Part shown: in pieces, positions 11,615 through 25,115 of the stretch | How positions within the stretch are numbered: the first letter of the stretch is position 1 | Layout: every line of letters starts with the position of its first letter | Assembly (NCBI GenBank): GCA_964016885.1 | Contig: OZ024744.1 | Span: 130,944,001 to 131,008,000 of the forward strand | DNA length: 64,000 nt | Origin: Eledone cirrhosa | Lineage: Eukaryota | Reading direction: 5' to 3' | Translations under genes and position numbers: made by a program | Notes under the pieces: generated by a model | Told to the model about the DNA's origin: nothing | The model's input: the letters and a program-made list of their open reading frames with translations, nothing else | Database searches by the model: none

Positions 11615-13743
11615 GTCGGGGTTAAGTTAAGTTTGCGTTAAGTTAAGTTAGGCTTAACTTAAGTTGGGGTTCAGTTAAGTTGGGGGTAAGTTAAGTTGGG
11701 GTTAAGTTAAGTTGCGGTTAAGTTGGGGTTAAGTTAAGTTAGGGTTAAGTTAATTTGGGGTTGAGTTAAGTTGGGGTTAATTAAGTGGTGGTTATGTTAA
11801 GTTGGGGTTAAGTTAAGTTGGGGTTAATTTAAATTGGGGTTAAGTTAACTTTGTGGTTAAGTTAAGTTGGGGTTAAGTTAAGTGGGGGTAAAGTTGGGGT
11901 TGAGTTAAGTTGGGGTTGAGTGAAGTTGGGGTTAAGTTAAGTTGGGGTTAAGTTAAGTTGGGGTTAAGATAAGTCGGGGTTAAGTTAAGTTGTGGTTGAG
12001 TTAAGTTGGGGTTAATTTAAGTTGGGGATAAGTTAATTTGTGGTTAAGTTAAGTTGGGGTTAAGTTAAGTTGGGGTTAAGTTAAGTTGGGGTTGAGTTAA
12101 GTTGGGGTTGAGTTAATTTGGGGTTAAGTTAAGTTGGGGTTAAGTTAAGTTGGGTTTAAGTTAAGTTGGGGTTAAATTAAGTTGGGGTTAAATTAAGTTG
12201 GGGTTGAGTTAAGTTGGGGGTAAGTTAAGTTGGGTGCAAGTTAAGTTGGGGTTAATTTAAGTTGGGGTTAAATTAAGTTGGGGTTACGTTAAGTTGGTGT
12301 TAAATTAAGTTGGGGTTAATTTAAGTTGGGGTTAATTAAGTTGGGGTTAAGTTAAGTTGGGGTTAAGTTAAGTTGGATTTAATTTAAGTTGGGGTTGAGT
12401 TAAGTTGGGGTTATATTAAGTTGGGGTTAAGTTAAGTTGGGGTTCAGTTAAGTTGGGGTTAAGTTAAGTTGGGGTTAAGTTAAGTTGAGGTTAAGTTAAG
12501 TTGGGGTTAAGTTAAGTTGGTGTTAAGTTAAGTTGGGGCTAAGTTAAGTTGGGGCTGAGTTAAGTTGGGGCTGAGTTAAGTTGGGGCTAAGTTAAGTTGG
12601 GGTTGAGTTATGTTGGGGTTAAGTTAAGTTGGGGTCAAGTTAAGTTGGGGTTAAGTTGGGGTTAAGTTAAGTTAGGTTTAAGTTAAGTTGGGGTTAAGTT
12701 AAGTTGGGGTTAAGTTAAGTTGGGGTTAAGTTAAGTTAGGTTTAAGTTAAGTTGGGGTTAAGTTAAGTTGGGGTTAAGTTAAGTTGGGGTTAAGTTAAGT
12801 TGGGGTTAAGTTAAGTTGAGGTTAAGTTAAGTTGGGGTTAAATTAAGTTGGGGTTAAGTTAAGTTGGGGTTAAGTTAAGTTGGGGATAAGTTAAGTTGGG
12901 GATAATTTAAGTTGGGGTTAAGTTAAGTTGGGTTTAAGTTAAGTTGGGGTTAAGTTAAGTTGGGGTTAAGTTAAGTTGGGGTTAAGTTAAGTTGGGGTTA
13001 AGTTAAGTTGGGGTTCAGTTAAGTTGGGGTTCAGTTAAGTTGGGGTTAAGTTAAGTTGGGGTTAAGATGGGGCTAAATTAAGTTGGGGTTAAGTTAAGTT
13101 GGGGTTAAGTTAAGTTGGGGTTAAGCTAAGTTGGGGTTAAGTTAAGTCGGGGTTAAGTTAAGTCGGGGTTAAGTTAAGTTAGGGTTCAGTTAAGTTGGGG
13201 TTAAGTTAAGTTGGGGTTGAGTTAAGTTGGGGTTGAGTTAAATTGGGGTTGAGTTAAGTTGGGGTTGAGTTAAGTTGGTGTTGAGTTAAGTTGGGGTTAA
13301 GTTAAGTTGGGGTTAAGTTAAGTTGCAGTTAAGTTAAGTTGAGGTTAAGTTAAGGTGCGGTTAAGTTAAGTTGGGGTTAAGTTAAGTTGGGGCTAAGTTA
13401 AGTTGGGGCTAAGTTAAGTTGGGGCTAAGTTAAGTTGGGGTTAAGTTAAGTCGGGGTTAAGTTAAGTTGGGGTTAAGTTAAGTTGGGGTTAATTTAAGTT
13501 GGGGTTAAGTTAAGTTGGGGTTAAGTTAAGTTGGGGTTAAGTTAAGTTGGGGTTAAGTTAAGTTGGGTTTAAGTTAAGTTGGGGTTAAGTTAAGTTGGGG
13601 TCAAGTTAAGTTGGGGTTAAGTTAAGTTGGTTAGTTAAGTCGAGTTTAAGTTAAGTTGGGGTTAATTTAAGTTGGGGTTAAGTTAAGTTGGGGTTAAGTT
13701 AAGTTGGGGTTAAGTTAAGTTGGGGTTAAGTTAAGTTGGGGTT

Positions 13744-13944
13744 AACCCCAACTTAACTTAACCCCAACTTCACTCAACCCCAACGTAACTCAACCCCAAC
13801 TTAACTTAACCCCAACTTCACTCAACCCCAACTTAACTTAACCCCAACTTCACTCAACCCCAACTTAAGTCAACCCCAACTTAACTTAACCCCAACTTGA
13901 CTTAACCCCAACTTAAATTAGCCCCAACTTAACTTAAGCCCAAA
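13744..13944 (-). repeat. Inverted cassette 9 (type B, 201 bp)
   Basis: Markers CGTAACTC and AAATTAGCCCC; downstream GGGAGTAAG. Confidence 0.95.
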
Positions 13945-15611
13945 GTCGGGGTTAAGTTAAGTTGGCGTTATGTTAAGTCAGGCTTAACCTAAGTTGGGGT
14001 TCAGTTAAGTTGGGAGTAAGTTAAGTTGGGGGTAAGTTAAGTTGGGGTTAAATTAAGTTGCGGTTAAGTTGGGGTTAAGTTAAGTTAGGGTTAAGTTAAG
14101 TTGGGGTTGAGTTAAGTTGGGGTTAATTAAGTGGTGGTTATGTTAAGTTGGGGTTAATTTAAATTGGGGTTAAGTTAACTTTGTGGTTAAGTTCAGTTGG
14201 GGTTAAGTTAAGTTGGGGTTAAGTTGGGGTTGAGTTAAGTTGGGGTTGAGTGAAGTTGGGGTTAAGTTAAGTTGGGGTAAAGTTAAGTTGGGGTTAAGTT
14301 AAGTCGGGGTTGAGTTAAGTTGTGGTTGAGTTAAGTTGGGGTTAATTTAAGTTGGGGCTAAGTTAATTTGTGGTTAAGTTAAGTTGGGGTTAAGTTAAGT
14401 TGGGTTTAAGTTAAGTTGGGGTTAAATTAAGTTGGGGTTAAATTAAGTTGGGGTTAAGTTAAGTTGGGGGTAAGTTAAGTTGGGGGCAAGTTAAGTTGGG
14501 GCTAAGTTAAGTTGGGGTTAAATTAAGTTGGGGTTACGTTAAGTTGGTGTTAAGTTAAGTTGGGGTTAATTTAAGTTGGGGTTAATTAAGTTGGGGTTAA
14601 TTTAAGTTGGGGTTAAGTTAAGTTGGGGTTAATTTAAGTTGGGGTTGAGTTAAGTTGGGGTTAATTTAAGTTGGGGTTATATTAAGTTGGGGTTAAGTTA
14701 AGTTGGGGTTAATTTAAGTTGGGGTTAAGTTAAGTTGGGGTTTATTTAAGTTGGGGTTAAGTTAAGTTGGGGTTCAGTTAAGTTGGGGTTCAGTTAAGTT
14801 GGGGTTAAGTTAAGTTGGGGTTAAGATGGGGTTAAATTAAGTTGGGGTTAAGTTAAGTTGGGGTCAAGTTAAGTTGGGGTTAAGTTAAGTTGGGGTTAAG
14901 TTAAGTCGGGGTTAAGTTAAGTCGGGGTTAAGTTAAGTTAGGGTTCAGTTAAGTTGGGGTTAAGTTAAGTTGGGGTTGAGTTAAGTTGGGGTTGAGTTAA
15001 ATTGGGGTTGAGTTAAGTTGGGGTTGAGTTAAGTTGGTGTTGAGTTAAGTTGGGGTTAAGTTAAGTTGGGGTTAAGTTAAGTTGCAGTTAAGTTAAGTTG
15101 AGGTTAAGTTAAGGTGCGGTTAAGTTAAGTTGGGGTTAAGTTAAGTTGGGGCTAAGTTAAGTTGGGGCTAAGTTAAGTTGGGGTTAAGTTAAGTTGGGGT
15201 TAAGTTAAGTCGGGGTTAAGTTAAGTTGGGGTTAAGTTAAGTTGGGGTTAAGTTAAGTTGGGGTTAAGTTAAGTTGGGGTTAAGTTAAGTTGGGTTTAAG
15301 TTAAGTTGGGGTTAAGTCAAGTTGGGGTTAAGTTAAGTTGGGGTTAAGTTTAGTTGGTTAGTTAAGTTGAGTTTAAGTTAAGTTGGGGTTAATTTAAGTT
15401 GGAGTTAAGTTAATATGGGGTTAAGTTAAGTTGGGGTTAAGTTAAGTTGGGTTTAAGTTAAGTTGGGGTTAAGTTAAGTTGGGGTCAAGTTAAGTTGGGG
15501 TTAAGTTAAGTTGGTTAGTTAAGTCGAGTTTAAGTTAAGTTGGGGTTAATTTAAGTTGGGGTTAAGTTAAGTTGGGGTTAAGTTAAGTTGGGGTTAAGTT
15601 AAGTTGGGGTT

Positions 15612-15764
15612 AACCCCAACTTAACTTAACCCCAACTTCACTCAACCCCAACGTAACTCAACCCCAACTTAACTTAACCCCAACTTCACTCAACCCCAAC
15701 TTAACTTAACCCCAACTTCACTCAACCCCAACTTATGTCAACCCCAACTTAACTTAAGCCCAAA
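15612..15764 (-). repeat. Inverted cassette 10 (type C, 153 bp)
   Basis: Marker CTTATGTC. Confidence 0.95.
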
Positions 15765-17210
15765 GTCGGGGTTAAGTTAAGTTGGCGTTATGTTAAGTCA
15801 GGCTTAACTTAAGTTGGGGTTCAGTTAAGTTGGGGGTAAGTTAAGTTGGGGGTAAGTTAAGTTGGGGTTAAGTTAAGTTGCGGTTAGGTTGGGGTTAAGT
15901 TAAGTTAGGGTTAAGTTAAGTTGGGGTTGAGTTAAGTTGGGGTTAATTAAGTGGTGGTTATGTTAAGTTGGGGTTAATTTAAATTGGGGTTAAGTTAACA
16001 TTGTGGTTAAGTTAAGTTGGGGTTAAGTTAAGTTGGGGTTAAGTTGGGGTTGAGTTAAGTTGGGGTTGAGTGAAGTTGGGGTTAAGTTAAGTTGGGGTAA
16101 AGTTAAGTTGGGGTTAAGTTAAGTCGGGGTTAAGTTAAGTTGTGGTTGAGTTAAGTTGGGGTTAATTTAAGTTGGGGCTAAGTTAATTTGTGGTTAAGTT
16201 AAGTTGGGGTTAAGTTAAGTTGGGGTTGAGTTAAGTTGGGGTTGAGTTAATTTGGGGTTAAGTTAAGTTGGGGTTAAGTTAAGTTGGGTTTAAGTTAAGT
16301 TGGGGTTAAATTAAGTTGGGGTTAAATTAAGTTGGGGTTAAGTTAAGTTGGGGGTAAGTTAAGTTGGGGGCAAGTTAAGTTGGGGCTAAGTTAAGTTGGG
16401 GTTAAATTAAGTTGGGGTTACGTTAAGTTGGTGTTAAGTTAAGTTGGGGTTAATTTAAGTTGGGGTTAATTAAGTTGGGGTTAATTTAAGTTGGGGTTAA
16501 GTTAAGTTGGGGTTAATTTAAGTTGGGGTTGAGTTAAGTTGGGGTTAAGTTAAGTTGGGGTTATATTAAGTTGGGGTTAAGTTAAGTTGGGGTTAAGTTA
16601 AGTTGGGGTTAAGTTAAGTTGGGGTTTATTTAAGTTGGGGTTAAGTTAAGTTGGGGTTCAGTTAAGTTGGGGTTCAGTTAAGTTGGGGTTAAGTTAAGTT
16701 GGGGTTAAGATGGGGTTCAATTAAGTTGGGGTTAAGTTAAGTTGGGGTCAAGTTAAGTTGGGGTTAAGTTAAGTTGGGGTTAAGTTAAGTCGGGGTTAAG
16801 TTAAGTCGGGTTTAAGTTAAGTTAGGGTTCAGTTAAGTTGGGGTTAAGTTAAGTTGGGGTTGAGTTAAGTTGGGGTTGAGTTAAATTGGGGTTGAGTTAA
16901 GTTGGGGTTGAGTTAAGTTGGTGTTGAGTTAAGTTGGGGTTAAGTTAAGTTGGGGTTAAGTTAAGTTGGGGTTAATTTAAGTTGGGGTTAATTTAAGTTG
17001 GGGTTAATTTAAGTTGGGGTTAAGTTAAGTTGGGGTTAAGTTAAGTTGGGGTTAAGTTAAGTTGGGTTTAAGTTAAGTTGGGGTTAAGTTAAGTTGGGGT
17101 CAAGTTAAGTTGGGGTTAAGTTAAGTTGGTTAGTTAAGTCGAGTTTAAGTTAAGTTGGGGTTAATTTAAGTTGGGGTTAAGTTAAGTTGGGGTTAAGTTA
17201 AGTTGGGGTT

Positions 17211-17411
17211 AACCCCAACTTAACTTAACCCCAACTTCACTCAACCCCAACTTCACTCAACCCCAACTTAACTTAACCCCAACTTCACTCAACCCCAACT
17301 TAACTTAACCCCAACTTCACTCAACCCCAACTTAAGTCAACCCCAACTTAACTTAACCCCAACTTGACTTAACCCCAACTTAAATTAGCCCCAACTTAAC
17401 TTAAGCCCAAA
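17211..17411 (-). repeat. Inverted cassette 11 (type D, 201 bp)
   Basis: CGTA monomer replaced by a second CACTC monomer; AAATTAGCCCC. Confidence 0.95.
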
Positions 17412-18670
17412 GTCGGGGTTAAGTTAAGTTGGCGTTATGTTAAGTCAGGCTTAACTTAAGTTGGGGTTCAGTTAAGTTGGGGGTAAGTTAAGTTGGGGGT
17501 AAGTTAAGTTGGGGTTAAGTTAAGTTGCGGTTAAGTTGGGGTTAAGTTAAGTTAGGGTTAAGTTAAGTTGGGGTTGAGTTAAGTTGGGGTTAATTAAGTG
17601 GTGGTTATGTTAAGTTGGGGTTAATTTAAATTGGGGTTAAGTTAACATTGTGGTTAAGTTAAGTTGGGGTTAAGTTAAGTTGGGGTTAAGTTGGGGTTGA
17701 GTTAAGTTGGGGTTGAGTGAAGTTGGGGTTAAGTTAAGTTGGGGTAAAGTTAAGTTGGGGTTAAGTTAAGTCGGGGTTAAGTTAAGTTGTGGTTGAGTTA
17801 AGTTGGGGTAAAGTTAAGTTGGGGTTAAGTTAAGTTGGGGTTAAGTTAAGTTGGGGTTGAGTTAAGTTGGGGTTGAGTTAATTTGGGGTTAAGTTAAGTT
17901 GGGGTTAAGTTAAGTTGGGTTTAAGTTAAGTTGGGGTTAAATTAAGTTGGGGTTAAATTAAGTTGGGGTTAAGTTAAGTTGGGGGTAAGTTAAGTTGGGG
18001 GCAAGTTAAGTTGGGGCTAAGTTAAGTTGGGGTTAAATTAAGTTGGGGTTACGTTAAGTTGGTGTTAAGTTAAGTTGGGGTTAATTTAAGTTGGGGTTAA
18101 TTAAGTTGGGGTTAATTTAAGTTGGGGTTAAGTTAAGTTGGGGTTAATTTAAGTTGGGGTTGAGTTAAGTTGGGGTTAAGTTAAGTTGGGGTTATATTAA
18201 GTTGGGGTTAGGTTAAGTTGGGGTTAAGTTAAGTTGGGGTTAAGTTAAGTTGGGGTTTATTTAAGTTGGGGTTAAGTTAAGTTGGGGTTAATTTAAGTTG
18301 GGGTTGAGTTAAGTTGGTGTTGAGTTAAGTTGCGGTTATGTTAAGTTGGGGTTAAGTTAAGTTGGGGTTAAGTTAAGTTGGGGCTGAGTTAAGTTGGGGC
18401 TGAGTTAAGTTGGGGTTAAGTTAAGTTGGGGTTAAGTTAAGTCGGGGTTAAGTTAAGTTGGGGTTAAGTTAAGTTGGGGTTAAGTTAAGTTGGGGTTAAG
18501 TTAAGTTGGGGTTAAGTTAAGTTGGGTTTAAGTTAAGTTGGGGTTAAGTTAAGATGGGGTCAAGTTAAGTTGGGGTTAAGTTAAGTTGGTTAGTTAAGTT
18601 GAGTTTAAGTTAAGTTGGGGTTAATTTATGTTGGGGTTAAGTTAAGTTGGGGTTAAGTTAAGTTGGGGTT

Positions 18671-18871
18671 AACCCCAACTTAACTTAACCCCAACTTCAC
18701 TCAACCCCAACGTAACTCAACCCCAACTTAACTTAACCCCAACTTCACTCAACCCCAACTTAACTTAACCCCAACTTCACTCAACCCCAACTTAAGTCAA
18801 CCCCAACTTAACTTAACCCCAACTTGACTTAACCCCAACTTAACTTAGCACGAACTTAACTTAAGCCCAAA
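18671..18871 (-). repeat. Inverted cassette 12 (type E, 201 bp)
   Basis: Marker TTAGCACGAAC. Confidence 0.95.
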
Positions 18872-20172
18872 GTCGGGGTTAAGTTAAGTTGGCGTTAAGT
18901 TAAGTTAGGCTTAACTTAAGTTGGGGTTCAGTTAAGTTGGGGGTAAGTTAAGTTGGGGGTAAGTTAAGTTGGGGTTAAGTTAAGTTGCGTTTAAGTTGGG
19001 GTTAAGTTAAGTTAGGGTTAAGTTAAGTTGGGATTAAGTTAAGTTGGGGATAATTTAAGTTGGGGTTAAGTTGGGGTTAATTTAACTTGGGGCTAAGTTA
19101 ATTTGTGGTTAAGTTAAGTTGGGGTTAAGTTAAGTTGGGGTTAAGTTAAGTTGGGGTTGAGTTAAGTTGGGGTTGAGTTAATTTGGGGTTAATTTAAGTT
19201 GGGGTTAAGTTAAGTTGGGTTTAAGTTAAGTTGGGGTTAAATTAAGTTGGGGTTAAATTAAGTTGGGGTTAAGTTAAGTTGGGGGTAAGTTAAGTTGGGG
19301 GCAAGTTAAGTTGGGGCTAAGTTAAGTTGGGGTTAAATTAAGTTGGGGTTACGTTAAGTTGGTGTTAAGTTAAGTTGGGGTTAATTTAAGTTGGGGTTAA
19401 TTAAGTTGGGGTTAAGTTAAGTTGGGGTTAAGTTAAGTTGGGGTTTAGTTAAGTTGGGGTTAAGTTAAGTTGGGGTTTATTTAAGTTGGGGTTAAGTTAA
19501 GTTGGGGTTCAGTTAAGTTGGGGTTCAGTTAAGTTGGGGTTAAGTTAAGTTGGGGTTAAGATGGGGTTAAATTAAGTTGGGGTTAAGTTAAGTTGGGGTT
19601 AAGTTAAGTTCGGGGTTAAGTTAAGTTGGGGTTAAGTTAAGTCGGGGTTAAGTTAAGTCGGGGTTAAGTTAAGTTAGGGTTCAGTTAAGTTGGGGTTAAG
19701 TTAAGTTGGGGTTGAGTTAAGTTGGGGTTGAGTTAAATTGGGGTTGAGTTAAGTTGGGGTTGAGTTAAGTTGGTGTTGAGTTAAGTTGCGGTTATGTTAA
19801 GTTGGGGTAAGTTAAGTTGGGGTTAAGTTAAGTTGGGGCTAAGTTAAGTTGGGGCTGAGTTAAGTTGGGGTTAAGTTAAGTTGGGGTTAAGTTAAGTCGG
19901 GGTTAAGTTAAGTTGGGGTTAAGTTAAGTTGGGGTTAAGTTAAGTTGGGGTTAATTAAGTTGGGGTTAAGTTAAGTTGGGGTTAAGTTTAGTTGGGTTTA
20001 AGTTAAGTTGGGGTTAAGTTAAGTTGGGGTCAAGTTAATTTGGGGTTAAGTTAAGTTGGTTAGTTAAGTTGAGTTTAAGTTAAGTTGGGGTTAATTTATG
20101 TTGGGGTTAAGTTAAGTTGGGGTTAAGTTAAGTTGGGGTTAAGTTAAGTTGGGGTTAAGTTAAGTTGGGGTT

Positions 20173-20373
20173 AACCCCAACTTAACTTAACCCCAACGTA
20201 ACTCAACCCCAACGTAACTCAACCCCAACTTAACTTAACCCCAACTTCACTCAACCCCAACTTAACTTAACCCCAACTTCACTCAACCCCAACTTAAGTC
20301 AACCCCAACTTAACTTAACCCCAACTTGACTTAACCCCAACTTAACTTAGCACCAACTTAACTTAAGCCCAAA
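20173..20373 (-). repeat. Inverted cassette 13 (type F, 201 bp)
   Basis: Two consecutive CGTAACTC monomers; TTAGCACCAAC. Confidence 0.95.
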
Positions 20374-21583
20374 GTCGGGGTTAAGTTAAGTTGGCGTTAA
20401 GTTAAGTTAGGCTTAACTTAAGTTGGGGTTCAGTTAAGTTGGGGGTAAGTTAAGTTGGGGGTAAGTTAAGTTGTGGTTAAGTTAAGTTGCGTTTAAGTTG
20501 GGGTTAAGTTAAGTTAGGGTTAAGTTAAGTTGGGGTTAAGTTAAGTTGGGGTTAATTTAAATTGGGGTTAAGTTAACTTTGTGGTTAAGTTAAGTTGGGG
20601 TTAAGTTAAGTTGGGGTTAAGTTGGGGCTAATTTAAGTTGGGGCTAAGTTAATTTGTGGTTAAGTTAAGTTGGGGTTAAGTTAAGTTGGGGTTAAGTTAA
20701 GTTGGGGTTGAGTTAAGTTGGGGTTGAGTTAATTTGGGGTTAATTTAAGTTGGGGTTAAGTTAAGTTGGGGCTAAGTTAAGTTGGGGCTAAGTTAAGTTG
20801 GGGCTAAGTTAAGTTGGGGTTAGGTTAAGTCGGGGTTAAGTTAAGTCGGGGTTAAGTTAAGTTGGCGTTAAGTTAAGTTGGGGTTAATTTAAGTTGGGGT
20901 TAAGTTAAGTTGGGGTTAATTTAAGTTGGGGTTAAGTTAAGTTGCGGGTAATTTAAGTTGGGGTTAAGTTAAGTTGGGGTTAAGTTAAGTTGGGGTTATG
21001 TTAAGTTGGTTAGTTAAGTTGAGTTTAAGTTAAGTTGGGGTTAATTTATGTTGGGGTTAAGTTAAGTTGGGGTTAAGTTAAGTTGGGGTTAATTTAAGTT
21101 GGGGTTAAGTTAAGTTGCGGGTAATTTAAGTTGGGGTTAAGTTAAGTTGGGGTTAAGTTAAGTTGGGGTTATGTTAAGTTGGGGTTAAGTTAAGTTGGGG
21201 TTAAGTTAAGTTGGGGCTAAGTTAAGTTGGGGCTGAGTTAAGTTGGGGTTAAGTTAAGTTGGGGTTAAGTTAAGTTGGGGATAAGTTAAGTTGGGGTTAA
21301 GTTAAGTTGGGGTTTATTTAAGTTGGGGTTAATTTAAGTTGGGGTTCAGTTAAGTTGGGGTTAAGTTAAGTTGGGGTTAAGTTAAGTTGGGGTTAAGTTA
21401 AGTTGGGGTTAAGTTAAGTTGGGTTTAAGTTAAGTTGGGGTTAAGTTAAGTTGGGGTCAAGTTAAGTTGGGGTTAAGTTAAGTTGGTTAGTTAATTTGAG
21501 TTTAAGTTAAGTTGGGGTTAATTTTTGTTGGGGTTAAGTTAAGTTGGGGTTAAGTTAAGTTGGGGTTAAGTTAAGTTGGGGTT

Positions 21584-21784
21584 AACCCCAACTTAACTTA
21601 ACCCCAACTTCACTCAACCCCAACGTAACTCAACCCCAACTTAACTTAACCCCAACTTCACTCAACCCCAACTTAACTTAACCCCAACTTCACTCAACCC
21701 CAACTTAAGTCAACCCCAACTTAACTTAACCCCAACTTGACTTAACCCCAACTTAACTTAGCACCAACTTAACTTAAGCCCAAA
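21584..21784 (-). repeat. Inverted cassette 14 (type G, 201 bp)
   Basis: Single CGTA monomer; TTAGCACCAAC; upstream AATTTTTGTT. Confidence 0.95.
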
Positions 21785-24700
21785 GTCGGGGTTAAGTTAA
21801 GTTGGCGTTAAGTTAAGTTAGGCTTAACTTAAGTTGGGGTTCAGTTAAGTTGGGGGTAAGTTAAGTTGGGGGTAAGTTAAGTTGGGGTTAAGTTAAGTTG
21901 CGTTTAAGTTGGGGTTAAGTTAAGTTAGGGTTAAGTTAAGTTGGGGTTAATTTAAATTGGGGTTAAGTTAACTTTGTGGTTAAGTTAAGTTGGGGTTAAG
22001 TTAAGTTGGGGTTAAGTTGGGGTTAATTTAAGTTGGGGCTAAGTTAATTTGTGGTTAAGTTAAGTTGGGGTTAAGTTAAGTTGGGGTTAAGTTAAGTTGG
22101 GGTTGAGTTAAGTTGGGGTTGAGTTAATTAGGGGTTAAATTAAGTTGGGGTTAAGTTAAGTTGGGGGTAAGTTAAGTTGGGGCTAAGTTAAGTTGGGGTT
22201 AAATTAAGTTGGGGTTACGTTAAGTTGGTGTTAAGTTAAGTTGGGGTTAATTTAAGTTGGGGTTAATTAAGTTGGGGTTAAGTTAAGTTGGGGTTAAGTT
22301 AAGTTGGGGTTTATTTAAGTTGGGGTTAAGTTAAGTTGGGGTTCAGTTAAGTTGGGGTTCAGTTAAGTTGGGGTTAATTTAAGTTGGGGTTAAGATGGGG
22401 TTAAATTAAGTTGGGGTTAAGTTAAGTTTGGGTTAAGTTAAGTTGGGGTTAAGTTAAGTTGGGGTTAAGTTAAGTCGGGGTTAAGTTAAGTCGGGGTTAA
22501 GTTAAGTTAGGGTTCAGTTAAGTTGGGGTTAAGTTAAGTTGGGGTTGAGTTAAGTTGGGGTTGAGTTAAATTGGGGTTGAGTTAAGTTGGGGTTGAGTTA
22601 AGTTGGTGTTGACTTAAGTTGGGGTTAAGTTAAGTTGGGGTTAAGTTAAGTTGCAGTTAAGTTAAGTTGAGGTTAAGTTAAGGTGCGGTTAAGTTAAGTT
22701 GGGGTTAAGTTAAGTTGGGGCTAAGTTAAGTTGGGGCTAATTTAAGTTGGGGCTAAGTTACGTTGGGGTTAGGTTAAGTTGGGGTTAAGTTAAGTCGGGG
22801 TTAAGTTAAGTTGGCGTTAAGTTAATTTGGGGTTAATTTAAGTTGGGGTTAAGTTAAGTTGGGGTTAAGTTAAGTTGGGGTTAAGTTAAGTTGGGGTTAT
22901 GTTAAGTTGGGGTTAAGTTAAGTTGGGGTTAAGTTAAGTTGGGGCTAAGTTAAGTTGGGGCTGAGTTAAGTTGGGGTTAAGTTAAGTTGGGGTTAAGTTA
23001 AGTTTGGGATAAGTTAAGTTGGGGTTAAGTTAAGTTGGGGTTTATTTAAGTTGGGGTTAATTTAAGTTGGGGTTCAGTTAAGTTGGGGTTCAGTTAAGTT
23101 GGGGTTAAGTTAAGTTGGGGTTTATTTAAGTTGGGGTTAATTTAAGTCGGGGTTAAGTTAAGTCGGGGTTCAGTTAATAAAGGGTTAAGTTAAGTTGGGG
23201 TTAAGTTAAGTTGGGGTTGTGTTAAGTTGGGGTTGAGTTAAATTGGGGTTGAGTTAAGTTGGGGTTGAGTTAAGTTGGTGTTCAGTTAAGTTGGGGTTAA
23301 GTTAAGTTGGGGTTAATTTAAGTTGCAGTTAAGTTAAGTTGAGGTTAAGTTAAGGTGGGGTTAAGTTAAGTTGGGGTTAGTTTAAGTTGGGGCTAAGCTA
23401 AGTTGGGGCTAAGTTAAGTTGGGGCTAAGTTAAGTTGGGGTTAAGTTAAGTTGGGGTATATTAAGTTGGGGTTAAGTTAAGTTGGGGTTAAGTTAAGTTG
23501 GGGTTAAGTTAAGTTGGGGCTGAGTTAAGTTGGGGCTGAGTTAAGTTGGGGCTGAGTTAAGTTGGGGTTAAGTTAAGTTGGGGTATATTAAGTTGGGGTT
23601 AAGTTAAGTTGGGGTTAAGTTAAGTTGGGGTTAAGTTAAGTTGGGGCTGAGTTAAGTTGGGGCTTAGTTAAGTTGGGGTTAAGTTAAGTTGGGGTTAAGT
23701 TAAGTTGGGGTTAAGTTAAGTTGGGGTTAAGTTAAGTTGAGGTTAAGTTAAGTTGGGGTTAAATTAAGTTGGGGTTAAGTTAAGTTGGGGTTAAGTTAAG
23801 TTGGGGTTAAGTTAAGTTGGGGATATGTTAAGTTGGGGATGAGTTAAATTGGGGTTAAGTTAAGTTGGGTTTAAGTTAAGTTGGGGTTAAGTTAAGTTGG
23901 GGTTAAGTTAAGTTGGGGTTAAGTTAAGTTGGTTAGTTAAGTTGAGTTTAAGTTAAGTTGGGGTTAATTTAAATCGGGGTTAAGTTAAGTTAGGGTTAAG
24001 TTAAGTTGGGGTTGAGTTAAGTTGGGGTTGAGTTAAATTGGGGTTGAGTTAAGTTGGGGTTGAGTTAAGTTGGTGTTGAGTTAAGTTGGGGTTAAGTTAA
24101 GTTGGGGTTAAGTTAAGTTGTGGTTAAGTTAAGTTGAGGTTAAGTTAAGTTGGGGTTAAGTTAAGTTGGGGTTAATTTAAGTTGGGGCTAAGTTAAGTTG
24201 GGGCTAAGTTAAGTTGGGGTTAAGTTAAGTTGGGGTCAACTTAAGTTGGGGTTAAGTTAAGTTGGCGTTAAGTTAAGTTGGGGTTAAGTTAAGTTGGGGT
24301 TAAGTTAAGTTGGTGTTAAGTTAAGTTGGGGCTGAGTTAAGTTGGGGCTGAGTTAAGTTGGGGCTGAGTTAAGTTGGGGTTCAGTCAAGTTGGGGTTAAG
24401 TTAAGTTGGGGTTATTTTAAGTTGGGGTTTAGTTAAGTTGGGGTTCATTTAAGTTGGGGTTAAGTTAAGTTTGGGTTAAGTTGGGGTTAAATTAATTTGG
24501 GGTTAAATGAAGTTGGGGTTAAGTTAAGTTGGGGTTAAGTTAAGTTGGGGTTAATTTAAGTTGGGGTTAAGTTAAGTTGCGGGTAATTTAAGTTGGGGTT
24601 AAGTTAAGTTGGGGTTAAGTTAAGTTGGGGTTAAGTTAAGTTTGGGTTAAGTTAAGTTGGGGTTAAGTTAATTTGGGGTTAAGTTGGGGTTAAGTTAAGT

Positions 24701-25115
24701 TGGGGTTTATTTAAGTTGGGGTTAAGTTAAGTTGGGGTTCAGTTAAGTTGGGGTTCAGTTAAGTTGGGGTTAAGTTAAGCTGGGGTTAAGATGGGGTTAA
24801 ATTAAGTTGGGGTTAAGTTAAGTTGGTTAGTTAAGTTGAGGTTAAGTTAAGTTGGGCTTAAGTTAAGTTGGGGTTAATTTAAGTTGGGGTTAAGTTAAGT
24901 TGGGGTTAAGTTAAGTTGGGGTTAAGTCAAGTTGGGGTTAAGTTAAGTTGGGGTTGAGTTAAGTTGGGGTTGAGTGAAGTTGGGGTTAAGTTAAGTTGGG
25001 GTTAAGTTAAGTTGGGGTTAAGTTAAGTTGGGGTCAAGTTAAGTTAGGGTTAAGTTAAGTTGGGGTTAAGTTAAGTTGGCGTTAAGTTAATTTGTGGTTA
25101 AGTTAAGTTGGGGTT

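Noticed and set aside
13744-13944. 201-bp cassette length as a nucleosome-repeat-length signal
   Set aside because: Shared descent from one event explains the length, and 128-176 bp forms are amplified equally well.
19605-19615. Single-base insertions (extra C at 19,611; extra base near 250) as meaningful variants
   Set aside because: Each is private to one copy and adjacent to a homopolymer, so it cannot be distinguished from consensus error.
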